DNA of 62,192 nucleotides, counting the filler, from an uncultured bacterium (lineage in GTDB: Bacteria > CAYJOG01), in the NCBI GenBank assembly GCA_964371695.1. It is 13 parts of 13 records of this genome, joined end to end, with 100 filler letters (N's around TTAATTAATTAA, not from the genome) between each part and the next. Parts side by side here need not be neighbours in the genome. Positions count along the whole stretch, not along the records: positions 48,078 to 52,718 come from CAYJOG010000271.1; positions 52,819 to 57,457 come from CAYJOG010000272.1; positions 57,558 to 62,192 come from CAYJOG010000273.1; 10 more parts are not named here. One strand, 5' to 3'. The translations under genes and the position numbers were made by a program. Below the pieces are notes generated by a model. It made no database searches. It was not told the DNA's origin and saw nothing but the letters and a program-made list of their open reading frames with translations. Positions within the stretch are counted from its first letter, which is position 1. Every line of letters begins with the position of its first letter. Of this stretch, positions 48,079 through 57,847 are shown piece by piece.

Positions 48079-48465
48079 AATCCAGCCTTCTGGCTCCAGC
48101 ACGTCGGCGATGGTTAGGTTGGCGCTGTCGAGGCGGTCGGTTTCTTCGAGAAGTTCGGTGTAGCGCGCAAAGTCGGGGTGTTTGTAATGGTCGGCCACCA
48201 CCCGCGCCGCGCTGGGGGCCAGGCCAAACGCGCCCCTGTAATTGGCGGGGGCGGCGTTGTGCTCCTGGCTGGCGTGGTGGTCAAACCACAGGCCCGCACG
48301 GGGGTCGTGGGGCAGGTTGGTGAGGATGTCATTCGGCCCCAGGGGCACTTTGCCGTCCTGCACATCCTTGGGGTGGGCAAAATCCACCTCGGCGATTTCT
48401 TCAACGTGTTTGATCAGAATGGCGCAGGCCAGTCCGTCCAGGTCAGCGCGGGTCACCAGACGCAT
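48079..48465 (-). CDS. DHH-family phosphoesterase (exopolyphosphatase/nanoRNase-like), 3' truncated
   Basis: RLVTRADLDGLAC, HPKDVQDG, WFDHHAS, PSAARVV. Confidence 0.85.
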
Positions 48466-48467
48466 GG

Positions 48468-49904
48468 TTAATTACCTCCATAAGGAATAATGGCTGTGCG
48501 CCCCTGAGGGGATGAAAGAGTCAACATCAACATCTGGCCGGTTTCGGTGGCGGCATAGAGCCGCCCCTGGGCCACCAGCGGCGACGAGCGCAACACAAGG
48601 CCCGTTTGCCAGTTCCAGCGGGTCTGGCCGGTGACAGCATCGAGCGCGGCAAGCTCGCCGTTGCTGGCGGCGACATAAACCACACCGGCCCCCAGGGCGG
48701 GTTGCCCCAGCAGCAGGCCCCCCTGACCGGCCCGGCCCGTGCTGGTGTAGCGCCACAGTTCCTTGCCCGTGGCCAGATTAATGGCGGCGAGGGACTGATG
48801 AAAACTCAGCCACGCCACACCCTGGCCCAGCACCGGCGTCAGACCCTGCCACGACCACTGGGCCATGAGGCTGGTGAGACCCGCAGCGGATGAGGCCATG
48901 GGCAACTGGGCCACGGGCGAAGCGGGGTATTGGCCCACGTCCGCATCCTGACCCAACCCCTGGCCGCCAAAAGCCGTGGCCGATTGGTAACGCGAAGAAA
49001 ACACCTCTGGCCCGGCGGGGGCAGACCAAAGCGCCTTGAAGCCGCCGGTGGCCCAGTCCATGGCCAACAGCGCCACGCGCCCCCCCGCCTGGGTGCGCGC
49101 CGTGACATAAACCCGCCCCCCTTGGGCCACGGGGGCGCTCACGGCCCCGGCCTGCTGGCTCCACACCCGGTGGCCGCCCTTGAGTAGAAAACGATGCACC
49201 GAACCCCGAAAGGTGCTTACCAGCACCGAGTCACCATGAATCACCGGCCCGCTCACGGGGGGGCCATCGAGCTGGCGCTCAAAAAGCGGCGCGCCGTCGC
49301 TCAGGCGATAAACCGCCAAGCGGTGCCCTGACCCGAACGGATAGGCCGTGGCCACCATGCCCTGACCCACGGCGGGTTTGAAAGCGGTAAGTTCCCCCAC
49401 GGCGCGTTCCCACACCCGCCTGCCGTCGCGCTGGTTCAGCAGCGCCATCACGCCGCTCATGCTGGCCACCAGCAGGTGGTCTCCCACCGGCAGGGCCGTG
49501 GCGGGGCCTTGGGTCTGAAAACTCACGCCCCAGGTGGGTTTGAGGCTGGTCGCGTCCAACGCGTAAAACTCATGGGAGCCATAACCCCCGCTCACAAACA
49601 GCCGCTGGCCCGACAGCGCGGGCGTGGGCAAAGGCTGGCTGCGGGGCAGCGAGAGCACCCGCGCACTCAGGCCCTGGGGACCGGTGAGTTCCTCAGCCAC
49701 CAGACGCTCCAGGCGGGCGGGGTGTATGCGGGTGATGGCGGTGGGGTCGTACTCTTCCAGCCGTCGGGCGTCCAGATGCACTTCATAGGCGCTGGGGGTC
49801 TGCGGCGGCACGGGCAGGAGCGGCTCACGCGTGGCCTCGGCCCCCACCAGGGCGGGTGTGGCCAAAAAGGCCGCCGCCATCCATGCCCATCGGTTCAAAG
49901 ACAA
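48468..49904 (-). CDS. Secreted PQQ-like beta-propeller repeat protein
   Basis: Signal peptide; repeated ALDA.TG...W blades. Confidence 0.8.
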   Translation of the reverse strand: MSLNRWAWMAAAFLATPALVGAEATREPLLPVPPQTPSAYEVHLDARRLEEYDPTAITRIHPARLERLVAEELTGPQGLSARVLSLPRSQPLPTPALSGQRLFVSGGYGSHEFYALDATSLKPTWGVSFQTQGPATALPVGDHLLVASMSGVMALLNQRDGRRVWERAVGELTAFKPAVGQGMVATAYPFGSGHRLAVYRLSDGAPLFERQLDGPPVSGPVIHGDSVLVSTFRGSVHRFLLKGGHRVWSQQAGAVSAPVAQGGRVYVTARTQAGGRVALLAMDWATGGFKALWSAPAGPEVFSSRYQSATAFGGQGLGQDADVGQYPASPVAQLPMASSAAGLTSLMAQWSWQGLTPVLGQGVAWLSFHQSLAAINLATGKELWRYTSTGRAGQGGLLLGQPALGAGVVYVAASNGELAALDAVTGQTRWNWQTGLVLRSSPLVAQGRLYAATETGQMLMLTLSSPQGRTAIIPYGGN

Positions 49905-49975
49905 TGCGGGCCTACTCTAACACCGGGAGATAACACCTCAAAGCAAGGCAAATGCCGGACTTGGCCCATGCACGG

Positions 49976-51595
49976 TTACCGGTAAGGCATGTAACTGACC
50001 TGGCCGTCCTTTTCGATGAACGCCATGCCCTTCAGTTCCACCGTGACCTTGAGAATGGCCTGTTTGATGATGAGGGTGACGCCGGGAAAGGTGGTGTCCG
50101 TGACGGTGATGCGGCCCTTCACGGCAGCGCTCAGCACTTCTTCCAGTTCTTCGCGGCGCATGCTCAGTCGGCGGATGTCGCCCATGAGCTGGAACTGCTG
50201 ACGGGTGAAGTTCAGCAGCATGTCCCGTTTGTCCTTGCTCAGGTGGCCCTCTTTTTTCTGGGCTTCCTTGAGCATCTTCACGCTTTTCTCGGCGCGCTCC
50301 AGCTTTTTCTTGTTCTCTTCCATCTGGTCCTGAATCTCTTTGAGTTCCTGGCGGATTTTGGGGTTGCCCCCCACTTCCACCACTGTTTTGGTGCTGGCCA
50401 CGCTGCCCAGGGACTTGACGATGATTTCGTCGGTGGCCACCACGGTGCCCCCCGCAATCATGGCGCGTTTCTGGCCCTGCACCTTCACGGCGCGCCCGGC
50501 GGTGACATCGCAGTGCAGGATGGCGTCGTTCACCAGCACATCCTGGCCAGCCTCCACCTCGGCCTGCTCCAGAAACTTGGCCATGATGTTGCCCCCGGCT
50601 TTGAGCTTGCCCTTGCGCTGACCGTTCATGCCCTTTTGCAGCACGATGTCCCCGCCCGCGATGATCTCGCAGCCTTCCACCACACCCGCCACCGTCACGT
50701 TGCCTTCGGCCTTCACCACAAACCCTTCCTTCACGTTTCCCTTGATGGTGATGTCACCGACAAAATCGATGTTGCCTGTGCTGAAATCCACGTCGTCTGG
50801 CACTTCGTGGACATTCAGCACGCTCACCTTGCGGTTGGAAAGCCGGGGTGTGCCAGGGATTTCGGCGACATAGAGCGTGGGGTCATCCGGGCTGGGTTTG
50901 ACCCCCTTGCCCATGGGCACGGGGCGTTCCTTGCCGGCCCGCGCTTCCAGCACCTTGCCGGTGACGGTGAAACCCGTCACACCCGGCGTGGCGGGGCGCA
51001 CGCGAAACAGTGGCTCACCGGCGTGGACGTTCACCAGCTTGTCCAGTTCGCGCCAGTCCACGCGGCCGTCTTCCATCTCTTTGGGGGCGTTGCCCGGCTC
51101 CACGGTGTCAAACAGATATTCCACCTCGGTGTCTTCGCCATTTTCAGCGCCCTGTCCCTCGGCCACCAGCATGCGTTCGTCATACCAGCCCTGGTCCAGC
51201 AGGTTGTCTATCACCGCTTCGTTGATGCCCTTCACCACGCCTTTGTCTTTAAGAGCGCTCATCACCTGGGGGCGGGTGAGCGGTGCGCCGCCGTGGGGCG
51301 ACTGCACGGTGATGTAGGCGTTCATTTCGTCGCCGGAGACATCCACCTGCACGGTGGCGTCTATGCGCCGCCCCACCTTCAGGCGCACGGCGTTGCCGCG
51401 GTTGGCCTGATTCACAAAGGCGTCGATGGAGCCGTAATCCAGCTTGTAGGCATAGGCCCCGGCGCGGTCCAGTTCGCCCAGCACCAGTTCGGGGGTAAAG
51501 AACACCGGCACGCCACTGGGCGTGAACTCGGCATAGACCTCCGAGCGGTCTCCGTTAAAGGAGATGGACAATGACTCTGTTTGGGCTGAACTCAA
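49976..51595 (-). CDS. FapA/DUF342 family protein, paralog 2, downstream of fliA
   Basis: DVDFSTGNIDFVGDITIKGNVKEGFVVKAEGNV, IAGG, coiled coil, FPGVTL. Confidence 0.92.
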   Translation of the reverse strand: MSSAQTESLSISFNGDRSEVYAEFTPSGVPVFFTPELVLGELDRAGAYAYKLDYGSIDAFVNQANRGNAVRLKVGRRIDATVQVDVSGDEMNAYITVQSPHGGAPLTRPQVMSALKDKGVVKGINEAVIDNLLDQGWYDERMLVAEGQGAENGEDTEVEYLFDTVEPGNAPKEMEDGRVDWRELDKLVNVHAGEPLFRVRPATPGVTGFTVTGKVLEARAGKERPVPMGKGVKPSPDDPTLYVAEIPGTPRLSNRKVSVLNVHEVPDDVDFSTGNIDFVGDITIKGNVKEGFVVKAEGNVTVAGVVEGCEIIAGGDIVLQKGMNGQRKGKLKAGGNIMAKFLEQAEVEAGQDVLVNDAILHCDVTAGRAVKVQGQKRAMIAGGTVVATDEIIVKSLGSVASTKTVVEVGGNPKIRQELKEIQDQMEENKKKLERAEKSVKMLKEAQKKEGHLSKDKRDMLLNFTRQQFQLMGDIRRLSMRREELEEVLSAAVKGRITVTDTTFPGVTLIIKQAILKVTVELKGMAFIEKDGQVSYMPYR

Positions 51596-51709
51596 GGGGA
51601 ATCCTTAATGAAAATCAGGGCGGGTCATTTTAAGACATGGCTTAGCGGCCTGTAAAGGCAGAAACACGACAAGGCTTAACAGGGCCACGGAATTGTTCAG
51701 AAATAGTAT

Positions 51710-51953
51710 AGTGGTTCACCGGACTTGAAATGAGTAGCAGCGATGGGGACATCGCTGCTGTATCGGTGCGGTAGCTTGCGAGGAGTCTTTCCAGATGCCC
51801 ATTGGGGCATCTGGCCGAGCAAAAGCGATAGCGACACCGCACTCGAAAATCGAAACTTTGAAAAAGTGGAGGTTTTTGCCACGCCAAGGGGGCTTGCCCC
51901 CGAAGGCGTTGGGTTTTAAAAGTCCACGACGGACTTTTCAAACAGATTCTGAG
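51710..51953. repeat. Composite repeat block between fliA and fapA
   Basis: 51710-51770 matches the reverse complement of ~24278-24340; 51777-51844 matches the reverse complement of ~23630-23702; 51842-51950 is the right part of the IS5-type MITE. Confidence 0.75.
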
Positions 51954-51954
51954 G

Positions 51955-52716
51955 CTATTTCACCAAAAATTCCCGCAGTTTGCTGCGCAGGCGCAGGATG
52001 GCCTTGGTGTGCAACTGGCTGACGCGGCTCTCGGTCACCCCCAGCACGGCCCCGATTTCTTTGAGTGTGAGGTTTTCCTGGTAATACAGGCCCAGCACAT
52101 ATTGCTCATTCTGGGCCAAACCATCCATGGCCTGGGCCAGTTGCTCGATCATGGCCTCGGCGGCGAGAATTGCTTGGCCAGAATCGGCGTTTTTGTCCTC
52201 CAGCCGGTCCAGCAGGGTCAGGGGCTGGCCGTCGTCTGAAGTGGTGTAGCCTTCGTCCAGACTCACCTGCACAGCGCTGGCCACTTCGCTGAGCAGGCGG
52301 CTGAACTCATCCACGTTGATGCACATTTCGTCGGCCACTTCCTGGTCGCTGGCGCGCCGCCCCAGCCGCCGCTCCAGGCCGTTGATGGTGCGCTCCGTCT
52401 CTTTGGCGCGTCCGCGCACCGACCGCGGCACCCAGTCCATGCTCCGCAGATAGTCATACACCGCGCCCCGGATGCGCGTGTAACCGTAGGTGTCAAACTT
52501 GATGCCCCGCTTGGGATCGAACCGGTCAATGGCCTCCATCAGCCCCACGATGCCCTCGTTGATGAGGTCTGATTTTTCCACGTGGCGGGGCAGTGTGCCG
52601 ATGATCCGTTCCACCACGGACTTCACGAGGTAAACATAGTGGGTGCCCAGTTTTTGCCGCAGGGCTTCGGAGCGGGTGGTTTTGAAATCCGCCCAAATGC
52701 GGCTGAGATCCTCTGG
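51955..52716 (-). CDS. fliA: FliA/WhiG family sigma factor (sigma28), 5' truncated
   Basis: GLMEAIDRFDPKRGIKFDTY..RIRGAVYDYLRSMDWVPRSVR; LTLKEIGAVLGVTESRVSQLH. Confidence 0.95.
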   Translation of the reverse strand, partial: PEDLSRIWADFKTTRSEALRQKLGTHYVYLVKSVVERIIGTLPRHVEKSDLINEGIVGLMEAIDRFDPKRGIKFDTYGYTRIRGAVYDYLRSMDWVPRSVRGRAKETERTINGLERRLGRRASDQEVADEMCINVDEFSRLLSEVASAVQVSLDEGYTTSDDGQPLTLLDRLEDKNADSGQAILAAEAMIEQLAQAMDGLAQNEQYVLGLYYQENLTLKEIGAVLGVTESRVSQLHTKAILRLRSKLREFLVK

Positions 52717-52820
52717 TGNNNNNNNNNNNNNNNNNNNNNNNNNNNNNNNNNNNNNNNNNNNNTTAATTAATTAANNNNNNNNNNNNNNNNNNNNNNNNNN
52801 NNNNNNNNNNNNNNNNNNAA

Positions 52821-52871
52821 ACCCCTCACCTGCCCCTTCGGGGCATCCTCTCCCCGTAAAGGGGAGAGGGG
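52821..52871. repeat. CCCTCTCCCC-family repeat at a contig start
   Basis: CCCCTCACCTGCCCCTTCGGGGCATCCTCTCCCCGTAAAGGGGAGAGGGG. Confidence 0.8.
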
Positions 52872-52928
52872 GTTGGGCTTCACCCGATCCAAATTTGGCG
52901 GGTTGCCTGAAAAGACGCATCAGCCATT

Positions 52929-53438
52929 TCACCGGGGCAGCCACAGAATCACCTCGTCCCCGGCCGACTGGCCAGCAAGCCACACGTGGGGAACCACCAC
53001 AATGGCGGGTTGTTCGCCAGAGGACTTGAGCCAGCTCAACCCTGCCTGCCCCAGCACCACCCGCGCCTGCTCGGCGCTCAGGCCCTCCACCACCGGCAAC
53101 AGGCCCAGCAATTCAGCCTGACGCAGCCTGCGGCGCAGTTGCTCGCCCCGGCGGCTGGTGTGGGGGTGAAACACCTGAAGGGATTTCAGGCCGGGGGGCC
53201 AAGCAGCCTGGGGCGGCAGTTCGCCGGGCGGCAATTGTTTCAGCCAGGGCGTGATGGTGGACAACTGGCTGCGGTCAGCCTCGGCCTGCAACAGCAGTTT
53301 TCCCCACTGGGCGTGAATGACCGTGGTTTCTCCCTGGGCGCTGAGCGCGGGCGAAAAGGTCAGGAAAAACCCAAGCCCCCACACCATGGCGATCAGAAAG
53401 CGCTTTTTTGCCTGTTGCCGCCGCATCTGTTTTTTCAT
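52929..53438 (-). CDS. Hypothetical secreted protein
   Basis: Basic N-terminus, hydrophobic segment and ALSA cleavage site; ATGA overlap with the upstream gene. Confidence 0.55.
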   Translation of the reverse strand: MKKQMRRQQAKKRFLIAMVWGLGFFLTFSPALSAQGETTVIHAQWGKLLLQAEADRSQLSTITPWLKQLPPGELPPQAAWPPGLKSLQVFHPHTSRRGEQLRRRLRQAELLGLLPVVEGLSAEQARVVLGQAGLSWLKSSGEQPAIVVVPHVWLAGQSAGDEVILWLPR

Positions 53439-54031
53439 GGCCCCATGCAGCTCAGGCTCACCCTGGCCGCCTCAAAAAACCATGTTTCCCTGTCCTGCTC
53501 CGGCGTATCGGGCCGGGTCAGATATTTTTCCACGGCCTTGCCGCAGTGGCTCTCTTTTTCGTGGGGGGGCGATATTTTCTGAATCAAAAAAAGGCGTTCT
53601 GGAAATCGCCGCAGCAGGGTTTCATGTTGGGTCCACAGCGCATGCAGACTGCCCGGCGATCCGCCCGCCCTGAGGCCGCCGCTGAAGTCATAAAGCGTGA
53701 GCCAGGCTTTTTGCGCGCTGGTCTGGATAACCGGGTGAAGCGCCCTGCGCCCGGTGGCGGCATGGGCCTGCCGGGCCAGTGTGTTGTAGTCCTCAAACCG
53801 GGCGGGCGCGCCCGCTGTCCAGGCGTCCACCGTGCGGTAGCTGGAAAACCACAGTGAACTGAAAGATTTTTCGCGGGATTGTGGATTGATGAGCAGTGCG
53901 GACATTTCCTGAATGGAGGCGTCCATGATGGCCCGCTGAAGCCGGGCGGTGAGGTTTTCTGTTTCACCCGCCCGCGCCCGTGTAAAAACAAAGGCCAATA
54001 AAAAAAGAATCGCACCGGTTTTTTTCACCAC
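53435..54031 (-). CDS. Hypothetical secreted protein
   Basis: Signal peptide ending ARA; overlaps both neighbours. Confidence 0.55.
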   Translation of the reverse strand: MVKKTGAILFLLAFVFTRARAGETENLTARLQRAIMDASIQEMSALLINPQSREKSFSSLWFSSYRTVDAWTAGAPARFEDYNTLARQAHAATGRRALHPVIQTSAQKAWLTLYDFSGGLRAGGSPGSLHALWTQHETLLRRFPERLFLIQKISPPHEKESHCGKAVEKYLTRPDTPEQDRETWFFEAARVSLSCMGP

Positions 54032-55524
54032 GGCCAGAACTCCTGATCTTCAATCTCCGGCCTGGGGGCAGGCTGAAACAGGTCGCTGGGGTTCAGGCGC
54101 ACACCCATGGTGAATCCATCGGTGAGCAGGCTATAACGGGCATAAAGGTGATACAAAGCGTAATTTTTCTGCAACTCCACCGATTTGACATCGTGGCCCG
54201 TCACGCCTTTTCGAAACGCAAAGTGGCTCACCAGCCGCCAGCGGTTTTTTGAAAAAGGCAGGCCGCCCTTCATCCACAGGCGGGTGCTTTCGTCGGCCCC
54301 TTCAAAGGACGTGGCCGGTGCGCCCCGCGTGGTGGTGGTGAAGCGCAGGCCGGTTTCCAGAAACGAACCAAAAGGTCCCTTTTCCTTCCGGGAAAGGACG
54401 AAGAACAGCCGGTGGGCCTCAAAAAAATTCGCCGCGCCCGGCGGCAGACGGCCCGTGCCATAACGCGTGTAGAGCGACTGCCCCTTGGACCGAAGCCCCC
54501 AGCGCCCCCGCTGCCAGACAGGCCAGGTCACCGTGGCCATACCGTGGGCCACGCGCAGAGAGACCCCCGCGCCGTGGTCCTGCAACGCACCGGCGGCGGT
54601 GTCCAGCCGCCAGTTCAGCCGCCCGTTTTTACCTTGCCAGTCGCGCCAGACAAAAGGGGCCAAACTCACCAGATGCGCATGACTCAGCTCATCCACAAAA
54701 AAATCGCGCCCCCACAACACCTTCGTCCCCAGGGCCTCCAGCCCCACCGCCCCCAGGGCGGCGTTTTTGTGTGAGAGCGGGCCGCCCGGCGACTCCTCTC
54801 CACTGTGAAAGCTGAACACCCCCCCCAGCAGCAGATTGGTTCTGGTGGGGCGATAAATGGGAATGTGCTCCAGCCGTCGCAGACTCATGCCCCGGTCGCC
54901 AATGTCCCCAAGGCGGGTTTCGCCGTAACGGTCAAAAGCCGGTGTGGTCTGGGTTTCGGCGAGGGACTGAATCTGATCCAGCCCCAGCGACAGACGCGGC
55001 AGACGCACCACCTTGGTGTTCTCGATGTAGAGCGCCGGTTGTTTGAGTTTCAGGCGGTTGTTACGCACCAGTTGGGCATAGGGAGACTCCAGACGCACGC
55101 GGCGGGCCAGGGCTTCGTTCACCGGCGAAAGCTGCACCTGACCAATGCGCCGCTCGTTGCCTGAGGACATGAACCACGCCGCCCGAAGGTGATAGGGAAA
55201 GGTTTTCACGCTGATGTCGTGGGCCTGTATGTGCTGGGGCGACAACGTGATCGCCGCCGAGCGGGCATGCAGTTTGAGGTCTGAACCAGAAACGGTGATG
55301 GGTCCAGAAAGGGCCAGTTGGCCAGTGCTCAGATTGCCCAGCATGGCCCCGGCGCTGAGGGCCAGATTTTCGGTGGCCAGCGACACGCCGCCCCCCACAA
55401 ACAGCCAGCCGTTCTGGTGGGCCTGCACCACGCCGCCCCGCAGTTTCAGCGGCGCACCCATGGCCTGCTGCGGCAATATCAACAAGGCCAGAAAACAAAA
55501 CAGCCATGGCCCCCGTTGATGCAC
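54025..55524 (-). CDS. LptD/OstA-like outer-membrane assembly protein
   Basis: Signal peptide; N-terminal beta-jellyroll pattern (GGVSL..LSAG..GNLSTGQL.LSG.I), LKQPALYI..VVRLP, then beta-strand-rich C-terminus. Confidence 0.5.
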   Translation of the reverse strand: MHQRGPWLFCFLALLILPQQAMGAPLKLRGGVVQAHQNGWLFVGGGVSLATENLALSAGAMLGNLSTGQLALSGPITVSGSDLKLHARSAAITLSPQHIQAHDISVKTFPYHLRAAWFMSSGNERRIGQVQLSPVNEALARRVRLESPYAQLVRNNRLKLKQPALYIENTKVVRLPRLSLGLDQIQSLAETQTTPAFDRYGETRLGDIGDRGMSLRRLEHIPIYRPTRTNLLLGGVFSFHSGEESPGGPLSHKNAALGAVGLEALGTKVLWGRDFFVDELSHAHLVSLAPFVWRDWQGKNGRLNWRLDTAAGALQDHGAGVSLRVAHGMATVTWPVWQRGRWGLRSKGQSLYTRYGTGRLPPGAANFFEAHRLFFVLSRKEKGPFGSFLETGLRFTTTTRGAPATSFEGADESTRLWMKGGLPFSKNRWRLVSHFAFRKGVTGHDVKSVELQKNYALYHLYARYSLLTDGFTMGVRLNPSDLFQPAPRPEIEDQEFWPW

Positions 55525-55559
55525 CCGCACATGGTAGACGCGGGGGCGTTCGCGGGCAT

Positions 55560-55590
55560 AAAAAAAGCCCCCCGTTTCCGGAGGGCTTTT
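55560..55590 (-). terminator. Intrinsic terminator after the SLH porin gene
   Basis: AAAAGCCC..GGGCTTTT hairpin with a U-tract on the minus strand. Confidence 0.75.
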
Positions 55591-55615
55591 GAAATCGCAT
55601 GACAAAAACCGTGGT

Positions 55616-57337
55616 TTAGAAGTTCACCACGAGTTCGCCGCGCAGGCGGTTGATGTAGATGTCTTCGCCGCCGTACTGGGCATAGTCAATGGCGAACGTG
55701 GTGTCGTCATTGATGCCTTTGGCCACGCGCAGAGCGCCGTAGGCAGGATATTCCAGCGTGGGCGCGCTGTTCAGGTCACCTTTGCGGGCGACTGCTGAAA
55801 CGGTCACGTCTTTGCTGAAGCTGTGCACCACTTTGGCTCCGAAACCTTCGAAGTCCGGCGATACCTGCTGGTAGCTGTCGAACAGGAAGGGATTGAGCTG
55901 GTAGCCCCACTGCATGTTGCCGCCCGCCTGAGCCAACGGAGCATTGAACTCGTTGAAGGGGTTGGCGATGGCGCCGGAATAACCAGGGGTCAGACCGATG
56001 TCGGCGTAGTAGGCGTTCACCAGGGTTTTCTTGGATTTGTACACGTCCAGAGCCACCATGAAGCTGGTGTCCATTTCGTCGTTGGTGGAACCAGCGGCGA
56101 AGGTGCAGCCAGCGCCGGCGCAGCCGGGGTCGGCCCCCGCCTGGTCGTCGGTGATCTGGATAAATTCGGCGCTCACGCCGTTGAACCAGTTGGTGTTGCG
56201 CAGAAGCGGGCTTTCCAGGTCAACGCCCCAGGCTTTTTCAGACCCGGCGCCGCTGGCGAGATAGTTGATGCCCACTTTGGCGGGTTTCAGGTTCAGCCCC
56301 AGGCGAAGGGCGGCCAGGGCATCCTGACCAGCGCCAGCGCGCACGGGGTTCAACACACCCACGCCACCAAACACGTCCTGGTTCAGGAGCGACGCGACGG
56401 CGGTGAAGTCCAACAGGTCCTTGCTCACGTCCACGCGCAGCGTGGGGTGGCTGGCCCAGCCGTTGTCCACCAGAAGGCGGCGCGGCCCAAAGGCGTAATA
56501 CTGCGTGCCCAGGGTCACTTTCAGGCTGTCCAGAGACTGTGTTTTGCTGGTGAGATCCAGCGCGGCATAAGCCTGATCGATGTTCGGCGTGCGGTCCAGA
56601 CCGCTCCCGGCACGGGTGCCATAGGACAGGTTCTGCGCCCAGTTGTTGAACTCCACCAGCACGTCCACGTTTTCACCGGCTTTGGCCGAGAAAAGCACGT
56701 CGTAGAAGAGTTCGTAGCCATACTCGCTTTCCACAGCAGCAGCGCCAGCCAGCGCGCCCACAACGGGGTCAGCCGCCCTCACCGCGCCGCTGTTGCGAGC
56801 GCTGAGGTCAGAGCCGTAGCTGTCAATGCGGGTGCGCAGCGTGCCGCTGAGCTTCACATTGCCGATCATGTCTTTCAGCTTGCTGATGTCTTTGTCCTGG
56901 CGTTTCTGGTCTTTCCACAGGCCGTCGATTTCAGCTTTGTTTTTCTTCACCTGGGTTTTCAGCGCGGCGAGTTCGTCTTTAAACTCGGCCTGCAGTTTGT
57001 CCACCAGGGCCTTCAGTTTTTTGGTCTCCGCCAGGGCTTTCTCGTCTTTTTCTTCGAGTGCGGGCGCTTCGGGGGTTCCAGTGGTTTCCGGCGCGGGAAC
57101 CTTCACGCAATCCTGAATGCGCGCAATCAGCATGGCCATTTCGTAGCGGGTGATGTTGCGGTTGCCACGAAAGGTGCCGTCGGGATAACCCTTCCAGCAG
57201 CCTGCTTCATCCGCGATCTTGATCGCGTCATAGGCCCAGTGACCGGAGGGCACGTCCACATATTTCATATCGGCGGCTTTGGCCAGACCAGTGATGCCGG
57301 TCAACGCCACAGCGCCTGCGATAAGCATTTTTTTCAT
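55616..57337 (-). CDS. SLH-domain outer-membrane porin (OmpM/SomA-like)
   Basis: Signal peptide; SLH DVPSGHWAYDAI..GYPDGTFRGNRNITRYEMA; coiled coil KLQAEFKDEL; beta-barrel ending LVVNF; GGAGG RBS. Confidence 0.9.
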   Translation of the reverse strand: MKKMLIAGAVALTGITGLAKAADMKYVDVPSGHWAYDAIKIADEAGCWKGYPDGTFRGNRNITRYEMAMLIARIQDCVKVPAPETTGTPEAPALEEKDEKALAETKKLKALVDKLQAEFKDELAALKTQVKKNKAEIDGLWKDQKRQDKDISKLKDMIGNVKLSGTLRTRIDSYGSDLSARNSGAVRAADPVVGALAGAAAVESEYGYELFYDVLFSAKAGENVDVLVEFNNWAQNLSYGTRAGSGLDRTPNIDQAYAALDLTSKTQSLDSLKVTLGTQYYAFGPRRLLVDNGWASHPTLRVDVSKDLLDFTAVASLLNQDVFGGVGVLNPVRAGAGQDALAALRLGLNLKPAKVGINYLASGAGSEKAWGVDLESPLLRNTNWFNGVSAEFIQITDDQAGADPGCAGAGCTFAAGSTNDEMDTSFMVALDVYKSKKTLVNAYYADIGLTPGYSGAIANPFNEFNAPLAQAGGNMQWGYQLNPFLFDSYQQVSPDFEGFGAKVVHSFSKDVTVSAVARKGDLNSAPTLEYPAYGALRVAKGINDDTTFAIDYAQYGGEDIYINRLRGELVVNF

Positions 57338-57847
57338 AATTGCCTCCTTGGTTGGAAAAAAAGTCCGTCGCCCATCTGGCTGACCCCTTCGTCCGCTCAC
57401 CCGTTGCAAGAGTGACCATGTTTCCTCTGCTGGGCAAAGGGGTTCCGGGGTCAGTTTNNNNNNNNNNNNNNNNNNNNNNNNNNNNNNNNNNNNNNNNNNN
57501 NTTAATTAATTAANNNNNNNNNNNNNNNNNNNNNNNNNNNNNNNNNNNNNNNNNNNNTATCTGGCCAGTCTGGCTGGGCAGATTGCCCGCGCCGAGCCAG
57601 CCCTGCCCGGACAGGCCAAGCCCCTCACCGACGATTTCGCCCCCGCCGAACAGCTCACTGCCCAGGCTTCGATGTTTTACTTCCGTGAACGGGAGGCCCG
57701 GCGGAAGTCTGCCTTTGGCGGGCGGAGTAAAAAGTCGTGAATCAAAATACAGGGCAACAAGCAAAACTGATTCCTCTGGGGTACGTGCAGTAGCCACGGG
57801 CGTCCCGCCTGTGGCAAAAAACTGGCCCTGTTAAACTGTCAGGCTCC

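Noticed and set aside
49952..51574. Long antisense ORFs (also 692-1603, 6403-7416, 24312-25496, 38596-39975, 55823-57415, 60112-61779)
   Set aside because: Shadow frames of GC-rich genes with no recognisable motifs
57558..57834. Partial ORFs on both strands at the start of the last contig
   Set aside because: The minus frame (to 57797) may be a gene start, but it is too short and motif-free to call
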